From Candidatus Krumholzibacteriia bacterium (GTDB taxonomy: Bacteria > Krumholzibacteriota > Krumholzibacteriia > WVZY01): a DNA stretch of 28,808 nucleotides. The position numbers and the translations under genes were made by a program. Numbering within the stretch: position 1 is the stretch's first letter; every line of letters starts with the position of its first letter. The notes below the pieces were generated by a model, which was not told the DNA's origin, made no database searches, and saw only the letters and a program-made list of their open reading frames with translations. Location of the stretch: the NCBI GenBank assembly GCA_046754105.1, contig JBHHVD010000037.1, positions 1 to 28,808 on the forward strand, read 5' to 3'. This document shows positions 1-8,071 of this stretch, piece after piece.

Positions 1-210
1 CGCTTGGCCTTACGCTTGACCTTGCGCTTGGCCTTGCGCTTGACCTTGCGCTTGGCCTTGCGCTTGACCTTGCGCTTGGTCTTGCGCTTGGTCTTGCGCT
101 TGGTCTTGCGCTTGGCCTTGGCCTTGGTCTTACGCTTGGCCTTGCGCCGTGTCTTGCGCTTTGTGGCCTTGGCCTTGGTCTTGCGCTTGGTCTTGCGCTT
201 GGCCTTGGAC
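1..210 (-). repeat. Coding 12-bp tandem repeat AAG CGC AAG (ACC/GCC/GTC) encoding KRK[T/A/V]
   Basis: Plus strand shows repeated cttgcgcttg(g/a)(t/c) units, with occasional 6-bp KA insertions that keep frame. Confidence 0.9.
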
Positions 211-248
211 CGCGTCTTGGCTTTCGCCCGTCTCTTCTTTGCTGCCAT
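1..248 (-). CDS. Histone H1-like/protamine-like highly basic protein (3'-partial, runs off the window)
   Basis: ATG at 248-246 with AAAGGA RBS about 10 nt upstream. Hand translation: MAAKKRRAKAKTRSKAKRKTKRKTKAKATKRKTRRKAKRKTKAKAKRKTKRKTKRKTKRKVKRKAKRKVKRKAKRKVKRKAK..., 55 of 82 visible residues K/R, no acidic residues, GC3-rich codons. Absent from the ORF track because it has no stop in the window. Confidence 0.85.
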   Translation of the reverse strand, partial: MAAKKRRAKAKTRSKAKRKTKRKTKAKATKRKTRRKAKRKTKAKAKRKTKRKTKRKTKRKVKRKAKRKVKRKAKRKVKRKAK

Positions 249-574
249 GTCGATCCGTCCTTTGGGTAAGGGTGACTGGAGAAAAACGATTTCGTTTTAT
301 CTCCGCATGGCTACCACGTCGCAAACAACTTTCGATCTCTCTCTCAATCGGATGCAACGCGTGGTTTTGTGATGATTTAATATATTGTCAAATAGTGTCA
401 AGAAAAAATATCGGCCCTGTCGAAAAATAATTCAGAAATCTCCACGACGATTCAGGTGACTCATCACAAAACACGAGGGTCCATCTCTTCGATGACCAAT
501 AATCCAACACTGTTCGTTTCGTGTTGAATACTTTTCATACAACAATGAACCCGGACACATTTGCAGCGTAATTT

Positions 575-590
575 TGCAAATTCTGTACCA
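575..590 (-). promoter_or_regulatory. Sigma54-type (-24/-12) promoter, proximal
   Basis: Minus strand TGGTAC-AGAAT-TTGCA, exact GG-N10-GC spacing, 1 mismatch to TGGCAC-N5-TTGCW; predicted +1 near 564. Confidence 0.6.
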
Positions 591-603
591 TATTGCCCAG
601 TTA

Positions 604-619
604 CGCAACTGACTTGCCA
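604..619 (-). promoter_or_regulatory. Sigma54-type (-24/-12) promoter, distal
   Basis: Minus strand TGGCAA-GTCAG-TTGCG, exact GG-N10-GC spacing; predicted +1 near 593. Confidence 0.5.
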
Positions 620-1061
620 TTCAATACATAACTGTGGCGCTCCGATCGCGTTCGCCATGGTGTCTCTTCTATTCCTTTGCTACGTATATTATTGATCAAC
701 GCGCACGGCGCTGTTGCAATTTGCTATGCGGAACCGAGGTTCGGCACGCTCTGCCGCCATACAGAATGCGACCGTCCATGGCTTCCGCGCACGATATTCG
801 CCGCTCGCCGGGGGGAGCCGGATCACCCCGACTCTCCTGGGGAGACAGGGGTCGGAGTGTGCCTGCCGGCTTTCGTCTCTTGCGAAGAGTCGTACACTCT
901 GGTATTCTCTCGCCACTCGAAATGTCGCCACGCCGGGCTCGACGACCGCATCGCGGTCGACGGTCAGAGGCTCCGATCCGGGAGGTCGAACTCCGGGATC
1001 CGCCGACTCTCGGCGACGCTGAAACCGGGGCCCACTCCAGCCCGAGGGATTGTGTGAATCC

Positions 1062-2987
1062 TTGAGACCGGCCGAACGTAGACTCGTATCTGTTATCAGC
1101 TGTTCCGCCTGCCTGCTGCTCGCATCGATCGTCCACGCCACCGGGATGGGCTCGCCTCTCAAGCCTCCCAAGGTGATCGTCGCCGGTATCCCGGTCACGC
1201 TCGAACTCGAGGCGCCCACCGCCGGGGTGCCGTATTCCATCGAAATCAGCAAGAACGACCAGCTCGTCTTCTCGCGGTCCGGCACCCTGCCGGCCGCCCT
1301 CGACGACGTCTTGCTGGACGCGAGCGGACTCTACGTTATTCGAGTTGTGAGCGAAGGGACGGCCTGGGAGTCGGCCGTGCGCGCCCTTCCAGGGTTTTTT
1401 ACGTTGCTGCCTCCGCTGCTGGCCATTGCCATGGCCCTCATCTTCCGGCAGGTGGTCATCGCGCTCTTCGCGGGCGTGTGGCTGGGCGCCTTTTTCATAA
1501 ATGACAGCAACCCGATCCGCAGCTTCTTCTATGTCGTCGACCACTACGTCATCGACTCGCTGGCCGGCAGCAGCGGCTCGGACCACGTATCCATCGCCAT
1601 TTTCACCCTGCTGCTGGGCGGGATGGTCGGCGTGTTCAGTCGCATCGGAGGCACACAGGGCGTGGTCGACACGATTTCACGAATCGCGACTACACCGCGA
1701 CGTGGCCAGCTGGCGACGTGGCTCATGGGGATCGCGGTCTTTTTCGACGACTACACCAATACCTTGATCGTGGGCAACACCATGCGCCCGATTACGGACA
1801 AGCTCAAGATCTCGCGCGAAAAACTCTCCTACATAGTAGATTCGACGGCCGCGCCGGTCGCCTGCATCGCCGTTATCACCAGCTGGATCGGTTTCGAGAT
1901 CAGCCTGATCAAGGACGCGTTCGGCGCCGCGGGCATCGATCGCAACCCGTTCACGACCTTTGTGTCCTCGATTCAATACAGCTTCTACCCCATCATTACA
2001 CTCGTGTTCGGGCTGCTCGTCGCGGCAACCACAAGGGACTTCGGCCCCATGAGGGGAGCTGAGAAACGGGCGCGAACGCGGGGGCTGGTGCTGGCGGAGA
2101 ACGCAGTGCCGCTGTCGAACATCGACCAGGAGATCTCCGTGGCCAACGGCGCGACCCCCCGCTGGTTCAACGCCGCCATCCCTATTGCGGTCGTGGTCAT
2201 CGGCACCCTCGTCGGCCTGGTGATCACGGGGAGAAACAGCCTGTCGGCCGCGGGTGAGACGGGATACTCGCTGATGGATGCGATCCGCGAGAGCAACTCG
2301 TTCGTGGCGCTCTTGTGGAGCTCGTTGTCCGGTTGCGTGGTGGCAATCCTGCTCGGGCTCGTACAGCGCCTCGCCCGCCTCACCGAGATCATGAACGCCT
2401 GGGTCGCCGGGGTGAAATCGATGATGACCGCCTTCATTATCCTCGTGCTGGCGTGGGGCATCGGCACCGTCTGTGCCGACTTGCAAACCGCCGACTACCT
2501 CGTCAGCCGCGTCTCGGGCGTCCTCAAACCGGAGATGATGCCGGCGATCATCTTTCTGGTGGCAGCGGCGATCAGCTTCTCGACGGGCACTTCGTGGGGT
2601 ACCATGACCATACTGACACCGATCAGCATCCCGCTCGTACTGCGCATCTCGGAACTGAACACCATCGGTGCCGGCCAGCACGAGGCGATCCTTCTATCGA
2701 GCATCTCGGCGATACTCGCCGGCAGCGTCTTCGGCGACCACTGCTCTCCGATCTCCGACACCACGATTATGTCCTCGATGGCGAGCGGCTCGGACCACGT
2801 AGACCACGTGAAAACCCAACTCCCCTACGCGTTGACCGTGGCCTTGATCACGGTCGTTCTCGGCTATCTTCCCTCGGGCTTCAACCTGCCTCCCGCGCTC
2901 TCGCTCGTCGCCTGCGCGGCGGTCGTCTTCGCGCTGATCCGGTTTCTCGGCAAGCCCGAGCGGTCGTTCTACGAATCTTCCGAATAG
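1062..2987 (+). CDS. Na+/H+ antiporter NhaC family transporter with N-terminal signal peptide and extracytoplasmic extension
   Basis: Motifs FFDDYTNTLIVG, YIVDSTAAP, GTSWGT, FGDHCSPISDTT and many TM helices. TTG start chosen 12 nt after GAGGGA (track start 1050 is in frame). Confidence 0.9.
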   Translation: MRPAERRLVSVISCSACLLLASIVHATGMGSPLKPPKVIVAGIPVTLELEAPTAGVPYSIEISKNDQLVFSRSGTLPAALDDVLLDASGLYVIRVVSEGTAWESAVRALPGFFTLLPPLLAIAMALIFRQVVIALFAGVWLGAFFINDSNPIRSFFYVVDHYVIDSLAGSSGSDHVSIAIFTLLLGGMVGVFSRIGGTQGVVDTISRIATTPRRGQLATWLMGIAVFFDDYTNTLIVGNTMRPITDKLKISREKLSYIVDSTAAPVACIAVITSWIGFEISLIKDAFGAAGIDRNPFTTFVSSIQYSFYPIITLVFGLLVAATTRDFGPMRGAEKRARTRGLVLAENAVPLSNIDQEISVANGATPRWFNAAIPIAVVVIGTLVGLVITGRNSLSAAGETGYSLMDAIRESNSFVALLWSSLSGCVVAILLGLVQRLARLTEIMNAWVAGVKSMMTAFIILVLAWGIGTVCADLQTADYLVSRVSGVLKPEMMPAIIFLVAAAISFSTGTSWGTMTILTPISIPLVLRISELNTIGAGQHEAILLSSISAILAGSVFGDHCSPISDTTIMSSMASGSDHVDHVKTQLPYALTVALITVVLGYLPSGFNLPPALSLVACAAVVFALIRFLGKPERSFYESSE

Positions 2988-3080
2988 CAAGCAAGCCCGG
3001 GCTAGCGGGGACAAGCCCCCGAGTCCGCCCGCCGGCAACGCCGTGCCACTCGCCGACAGGACCCGCATCGGGCCGCTCGT

Positions 3081-4757
3081 TTATCCTTTGTGGGAATCTA
3101 CGGAGAGGGCCTCGAGCTTTTCGCGCGCGCGGGCGACGGCCTGCAGCTCCCAGTCGCACTCGCCCCACAGATCGAGAAACGAGCCGTAGTACTGGCGCGC
3201 CTCGTCGCTCTCGCCGCGGGCCAGCGCCGCCTCGGCCAGAAAGAAAATCCCCTGCGCGTAGAGCACCGGGTCACCGTGGTAGGGAAACACGATCCCGTGG
3301 AATCGGAGCCGCGCCTGTCGGAACAAACCGGACGCCTCTTCCGCGTTTCCGTTGTGAAACAGCGCGAAACCTTTCAGGTAGATCCGCCGCGTGCCCGGAT
3401 CCTGGACTCCGGCGGCATTTAGAAGGTCGAGCGCTCCGTTGAAGTTTTTTTCCTCGATAAAGGCCAACGCGCGGAAATCGACGAAGTCCAGGCCCAGCGC
3501 GCGCATCCACGTGCGCCACTCCGTCTTGTCCTCGATCTCGTCAAGCGCATGCCTCACTTCTTCCAGCCGGCCGGCGGAGATGCCGATCCGGATCCGGCCC
3601 AGCTGATAGGGGATATCGCCGCGGCGGCTGACCCAACGTTCGAGCACCGTTTCGGCGGCGTCGGTGCGCCCGAGTTCGCACAGGTAGTTCACGTGCCGAA
3701 ATGCGTTGACCAGGCCCCGTCGTGTGGATTCGGCGCTCATTGCCAGGCGAACCGATTCGTCCAGCGCATCGGATGCCTCGTCGAACCGCCCGTCGAGAAA
3801 GTTCACGTAGGCAATTCCTTCCATGCCCACCGAAGATAGCATGGCGTCGTCGAAGAGCAGCAGCTTCTCAAAGCTCACCCGCGCGGCCTCGTTGTCTCCC
3901 TCTGCCACGTATAGATGCGCGCGCGCCACGATTGCCGGTACGTAGCGGTCATCGAGGCGCAGCGCGTTGTTACTGAAGTCAACCGCCTCATCGACCTCGC
4001 CCCGGATGAGCTCGACGCGGGAGAGGAGCACGTACGGGTACGGCTCCTCGGGATAGATCGACGCCAGGTCCTTGGCCAGCGACTCGGCCTGGTCGTAATC
4101 GCCCTTCGCCACCTCACAGTACACCATCAGCTCTCGCGCGCGGCCGAGGCTCTCGTCGCCGTCCAGCAGATCGGCAAGGTAACGTTCCGCATCCTGGGGC
4201 CGCCCGTCCATCAAGAACGCCATGGCGAGGAAAAGACGGTTGTCAACGCCCTCACCACCGCCCTTGACCGCGCGGTTGAACCTGTCGATCGCGTCTTTGG
4301 GCGAGGGGTCGACGAAGAGACTGTGGAAAGCGGAGACCCACAGCGAATCCCCCCCGTGCGCCCGCGCGGCGACCCGCGCCCGCTCGTAGCTCGAAGCGGC
4401 CTGCTTCTCGGCGCCGATTGTCGGGTGTGAATAACACTCGACCAGCCGCAGGAAGGCCTTGTACCGCGTGGGGTCCAGCTCCACAAGCGTCTCGAACACG
4501 TCGATCGCCTCCGGGACGTGCCACAGGTCGAGCAGCTCCAGACCCGTCTGGTAGAGGGCGTCGAGATTGGTTTTTTCGAGCTCGGCGGGATCGATGTTCG
4601 AACGCACAGCGGGGTCACTTTGCACCACCATGGGCGTCTTCGGCGCCGGTCGACCGCGAGTCGCGATCTTCTCGCGCTGTGGGGAAAGGGACCTCAGAAT
4701 AACGATGCTCAGTACGAGTACCAGGCTCAAAACAATCGTGTATACAAAACCTTTCAA
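3081..4757 (-). CDS. Membrane-anchored tetratricopeptide repeat protein
   Basis: N-terminal hydrophobic helix, TPR-like motifs (EAIDVFETLVELDP, EAVDFSNNALRLDD); TTG start overlaps the upstream TGA. Confidence 0.8.
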   Translation of the reverse strand: MKGFVYTIVLSLVLVLSIVILRSLSPQREKIATRGRPAPKTPMVVQSDPAVRSNIDPAELEKTNLDALYQTGLELLDLWHVPEAIDVFETLVELDPTRYKAFLRLVECYSHPTIGAEKQAASSYERARVAARAHGGDSLWVSAFHSLFVDPSPKDAIDRFNRAVKGGGEGVDNRLFLAMAFLMDGRPQDAERYLADLLDGDESLGRARELMVYCEVAKGDYDQAESLAKDLASIYPEEPYPYVLLSRVELIRGEVDEAVDFSNNALRLDDRYVPAIVARAHLYVAEGDNEAARVSFEKLLLFDDAMLSSVGMEGIAYVNFLDGRFDEASDALDESVRLAMSAESTRRGLVNAFRHVNYLCELGRTDAAETVLERWVSRRGDIPYQLGRIRIGISAGRLEEVRHALDEIEDKTEWRTWMRALGLDFVDFRALAFIEEKNFNGALDLLNAAGVQDPGTRRIYLKGFALFHNGNAEEASGLFRQARLRFHGIVFPYHGDPVLYAQGIFFLAEAALARGESDEARQYYGSFLDLWGECDWELQAVARAREKLEALSVDSHKG

Positions 4758-5758
4758 TCCTTGCTCCTCTTCCGTATTTGTTCGAGAATGTCGCCGGCGC
4801 GCAGGGCGTTGGGTCCAAGTCCCTCACGGCTGCAGCGGGTCACCATTTCCAGCACCGTCTCATTGTACGGCGTCGCGATATCGTACTTTTGGCCCAGCTC
4901 GATGATCGGCCCATGGAAATAGAGGTTCTCTATGTGTTCCCTTTTCAGGTAGAGGTTTTGCCAGGTCGAGTTGTTCACCCTCACCGATGATACACTCTTG
5001 CCGGCCCTGGGTTTCTTCAGCTCCTGGATAATCTCGTCCACCGAGAGGTCCCTGCCGTCGCACGATTTTGCCTTGATCTTGTCGGCCTGCAGGACCCGCT
5101 TCGCCTCCTCGAGGATACCGACCTTCAGATTCATGAATTCCATCGACTCGTGATCGCGAAGATCGATGACGGCGTGAAGGGCGCTTTGCAAGTTCGCGAC
5201 CAGCTTGAGCCACTTATCACACATAATGCTCGTAGAGACCGTCGCGTCGAATCCGGCATGGGCGAGCAGTTTGCCGAGCTTCCTGGCGAAAGGATCCGCG
5301 CCTTTCGGGTACTTGCCCACAATGAGGCGCCCCGCCTTTCGAAACGATACGTTCCCCGGTTGCAGGAATGAGCACGTCATGCGGCACACGCCGCCGAGGA
5401 CGTTATCGAATCTACCGGCAATTATTTCCTCGTTTGCGATTCCATTCTGGAAACACACGACCGGTGTCGAGGATGGGACGATTTCCGCCAGCGTCTCTAC
5501 GTTGGGTTCGGTGTGGTTGGATTTCGCGGTGAAAAAGACGACGGTGTCCTCGTCGATTTCTTCCGTATCGAGCACGGGCGCCGCCCTGAGCGGCGCGAAG
5601 TAATCGCCGGTAGCCGACTTCATACGCAACCCGTTCTGGTCACGTATGACATCGGCGTGCTCACCCCGGCAAATGAGGAGGACGTCGTGCTTGTCGAGGG
5701 CGAGATGGCCTCCCAGAACGCCCCCTACCGCACCCGCGCCGTAGACGACAAAGCGCAT
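4754..5758 (-). CDS. Ketopantoate reductase family protein (PanE/ApbA-like)
   Basis: Rossmann YGAGAVGG, AKS, FQNG, KWLKLVANL (catalytic Lys region), STWQNL...IENLYFHG C-terminal motif. Confidence 0.85.
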   Translation of the reverse strand: MRFVVYGAGAVGGVLGGHLALDKHDVLLICRGEHADVIRDQNGLRMKSATGDYFAPLRAAPVLDTEEIDEDTVVFFTAKSNHTEPNVETLAEIVPSSTPVVCFQNGIANEEIIAGRFDNVLGGVCRMTCSFLQPGNVSFRKAGRLIVGKYPKGADPFARKLGKLLAHAGFDATVSTSIMCDKWLKLVANLQSALHAVIDLRDHESMEFMNLKVGILEEAKRVLQADKIKAKSCDGRDLSVDEIIQELKKPRAGKSVSSVRVNNSTWQNLYLKREHIENLYFHGPIIELGQKYDIATPYNETVLEMVTRCSREGLGPNALRAGDILEQIRKRSKD

Positions 5759-5950
5759 GGCAACCTGTCCGATCTATCCCGCCGAGCCACTCTCCCGCCC
5801 TGTTACCTTCCACGTGCGAGTATCCACCATACACGGTCAAAAGACAAGCCGAATGGGTTTCGGTATTGCGGCGGGCGTGCCCATGGTGGAGAGAAGCACG
5901 CCGGCGTGTCGGTATCCGATGCGGCGGCGCTCCAGGACCGTCCAATTCTC

Positions 5951-5978
5951 TTGACATGCATTTGCGGCTCTCTATAAT
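5951..5978 (+). promoter_or_regulatory. Sigma70-type promoter of the NSS/AGCS transporter operon
   Basis: Perfect TTGACA-N16-TATAAT, 63 nt upstream of the NSS start. Confidence 0.8.
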
Positions 5979-6041
5979 GGCAACATTTCGTGCTGCACCC
6001 GATCGAGGTCGTTCCTTCACTGAGTACTCAGGGGGAAACGC

Positions 6042-7589
6042 TTGCCGCAAGCGGAACCACGCGGTCAATGGAAATCGAGAGCCGGTTTCATTCTCGCCGC
6101 GTCCGGCTCGGCCATCGGCCTGGGCAACATCGTCTTCTTCTCGGCCAACGCCTATAGATTCGGCGGTGGCGCCTTTTACCTGCCCTATCTTTTCGCTCTG
6201 TTCGCCATCGGCATACCCGTCATGATGCTGGAATTCGGGCTGGGTAACATTACCGCCCGCGCGTTCCCTGGATCGCTCCATCGTCTGGCCGGCAAGAAGG
6301 GCGAGTTTGCCGGTTGGTGGGCGGTCGTCAACGGCTGCTTCCTCACCATGTACTACATCACGATCCTCTCGTGGGTCATGGGAATGCTCGTCGGCTCGCT
6401 GGGCGACTTGTGGAAGGCGTCGGTCGCCGTGCCCGCCTTCGGCCTCGAAGAGGGCGACCTCCCCAACCCGGTCGCGTACTTCTTTCACATGCTTTCCACC
6501 TGGAAGCCGCTGCTCTACGTTGCCGTGGTGTGGCTGCTCAACGTCCTCATCGTGCGCAAGGGAGTTGCGAGCATCGAACCGGTCACCAAGCTCTTTGTTC
6601 CGCTGATGTGGATCTTTATGATCGTCCTCATCGTGCGGGGACTGACCCTGCCCAACGGCGGCCAGGGCGTATTTCTGCTCTTTACACCGAACTTCGAGGT
6701 GATGAAGGACCCCGCCGTGTGGCAGGGGGCCTTCAGCCAGATTTTCTTTACGCTCTCACTCGGTATCGGCACCATGACCGCCTACGCCTCCTATCTCCCC
6801 AAGAGGAGCGATCTGACGCAGAATTCCATTATCACGTCGCTGCTCAACTGCGGTTTCGAGTACATCGCCGGTCTGGCCATTTTCTCGATCCTGTTTGCGT
6901 TCATGATCGTGCCGCAGGCCAGCACGCTGGCCATGACGTTTTTTATTATTCCACGGGGCATCGCCGAACTGCCCGCGGGCGTGACTCTCTTTGGCGTCGT
7001 CTTCTTTACGCTGCTGCTCCTGGCCGGGCTGACGTCTTCCGTCTCGCTCGTCGAGACGCTGATCTCGCCGGTGATCGACAAGTTCCGCTGGTCGCGAACG
7101 AAGATCGTCGCCGTCGCCGCGGTCGTCGGCTTCGTGGGAAGCGCCTGCTTCGCGCTGCCCCATGTAATCAATCCCGGGCTGGAGGACGACGGCACGCTGG
7201 GCTTGACGTTGCTCGACCTGGTCGATCATTGGGTTTTCTCCTACGGCCTGCTGATCGTCGGCTTGTCGGAGTGCCTCTTAATCGGGTGGCTCGTGGGACC
7301 GGACAAGATCCGCCGGCACCTCAACAGCAACTCGCGCGTGCAGCTCGGGGCCTGGTTCGACGTGCTGGTCAAGTACGCCATTCCCGGAATGATTCTCTTT
7401 GTCCTGGGTTTTTCCCTGTGGAACGAGTTTGGAAGCGGGCTTTACGGTATGAGCTATGGCGAGCACTACAGCGAGGGATACCGGTTCATGGGCGCGGCCC
7501 CGCCGGTGATTCTTGCCGTATGGTTTCTAACGTGCCTGATTTTCGCATCGATCCTCACACGGAAGGGTGAATATGCCGACGCGGATTAG
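6042..7589 (+). CDS. Sodium-dependent transporter, neurotransmitter:sodium symporter (NSS/LeuT) family
   Basis: RGQWKSRAGFILAASGSAIGLGN, GGGAF.LPY, YY in TM3, QIFFTLSLG, AGLTSSVSLVE; TTG start after GGGGGA. Confidence 0.93.
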   Translation: MPQAEPRGQWKSRAGFILAASGSAIGLGNIVFFSANAYRFGGGAFYLPYLFALFAIGIPVMMLEFGLGNITARAFPGSLHRLAGKKGEFAGWWAVVNGCFLTMYYITILSWVMGMLVGSLGDLWKASVAVPAFGLEEGDLPNPVAYFFHMLSTWKPLLYVAVVWLLNVLIVRKGVASIEPVTKLFVPLMWIFMIVLIVRGLTLPNGGQGVFLLFTPNFEVMKDPAVWQGAFSQIFFTLSLGIGTMTAYASYLPKRSDLTQNSIITSLLNCGFEYIAGLAIFSILFAFMIVPQASTLAMTFFIIPRGIAELPAGVTLFGVVFFTLLLLAGLTSSVSLVETLISPVIDKFRWSRTKIVAVAAVVGFVGSACFALPHVINPGLEDDGTLGLTLLDLVDHWVFSYGLLIVGLSECLLIGWLVGPDKIRRHLNSNSRVQLGAWFDVLVKYAIPGMILFVLGFSLWNEFGSGLYGMSYGEHYSEGYRFMGAAPPVILAVWFLTCLIFASILTRKGEYADAD

Positions 7590-8043
7590 AATCATGGTAC
7601 TGTGTGTCATGTTGGCGGCAACGGGCGCGGGTTTCGCCGGTGATGCGTCCGCAACCGGCGAGATCATTCTCGACAGGGCTTTTCCAACCCACAAGGAGCA
7701 GGTGCGGCTCCGGATCACGGACGACGCCGGCAATCCGGTCTCGGGTGCCGTTGTCTCGGTGACGTACCGGCCGGGCAGCAGCGTATCGGCGACCGACGAG
7801 ATCGGGCGGTCATCCGACGGCGGCGTGCTGCAGTGGACGCCGATGGACGCGGGCCTTGCCACCATTACGGCAACGTGGGCGGGGCCTGAGCAGGACGACA
7901 TGTCGAGCTCGACGACCGTGTCCGTCCGCTTTCAGTCGCCGCCGGTGGACGGAATCTTGATCATGGTGATCGCCGGCCTGGTGCTGATCGTCGGCTCCGT
8001 GATACGCGTCTACAAGCTGCTGAGGGCGCCCGACTTCAACTAA
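7573..8043 (+). CDS. Secreted Ig/carboxypeptidase-regulatory-like domain with C-terminal membrane anchor (possible MetS-like NSS small subunit)
   Basis: Signal peptide, beta-rich domain with ITDDAGNPVSGAVVSV motif, C-terminal TM followed by basic residues; overlaps the NSS stop. Confidence 0.75.
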   Translation: MPTRIRIMVLCVMLAATGAGFAGDASATGEIILDRAFPTHKEQVRLRITDDAGNPVSGAVVSVTYRPGSSVSATDEIGRSSDGGVLQWTPMDAGLATITATWAGPEQDDMSSSTTVSVRFQSPPVDGILIMVIAGLVLIVGSVIRVYKLLRAPDFN

Positions 8044-8071
8044 CGGATCCGCGCACCGTCTGGAGAACGCC

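Noticed and set aside
1..210. Short repeats as a CRISPR array
   Set aside because: Contiguous 12-bp coding units with no unique spacers and no cas genes
4..372. Plus-strand Leu/Arg-rich ORF in the track
   Set aside because: Antisense shadow of the KRK repeat gene; TTG/CTT-rich codons are atypical, and the minus strand has the ATG and RBS
376..401. Sigma70 promoter for the basic-protein gene
   Set aside because: Two TTGACA hexamers are present but no good -10 at 16-18 bp; kept only as part of the leader finding
432..658. Small minus-strand ORFs (62 and 64 aa) and an internal 24-aa ORF
   Set aside because: No RBS, AT-rich atypical codons, and the longer two start upstream of or across the sigma54 motifs
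780..1050. Known ncRNA (RNase P, SRP, tmRNA; lysine, glycine, c-di-AMP riboswitches)
   Set aside because: None of their conserved sequence motifs could be matched on either strand
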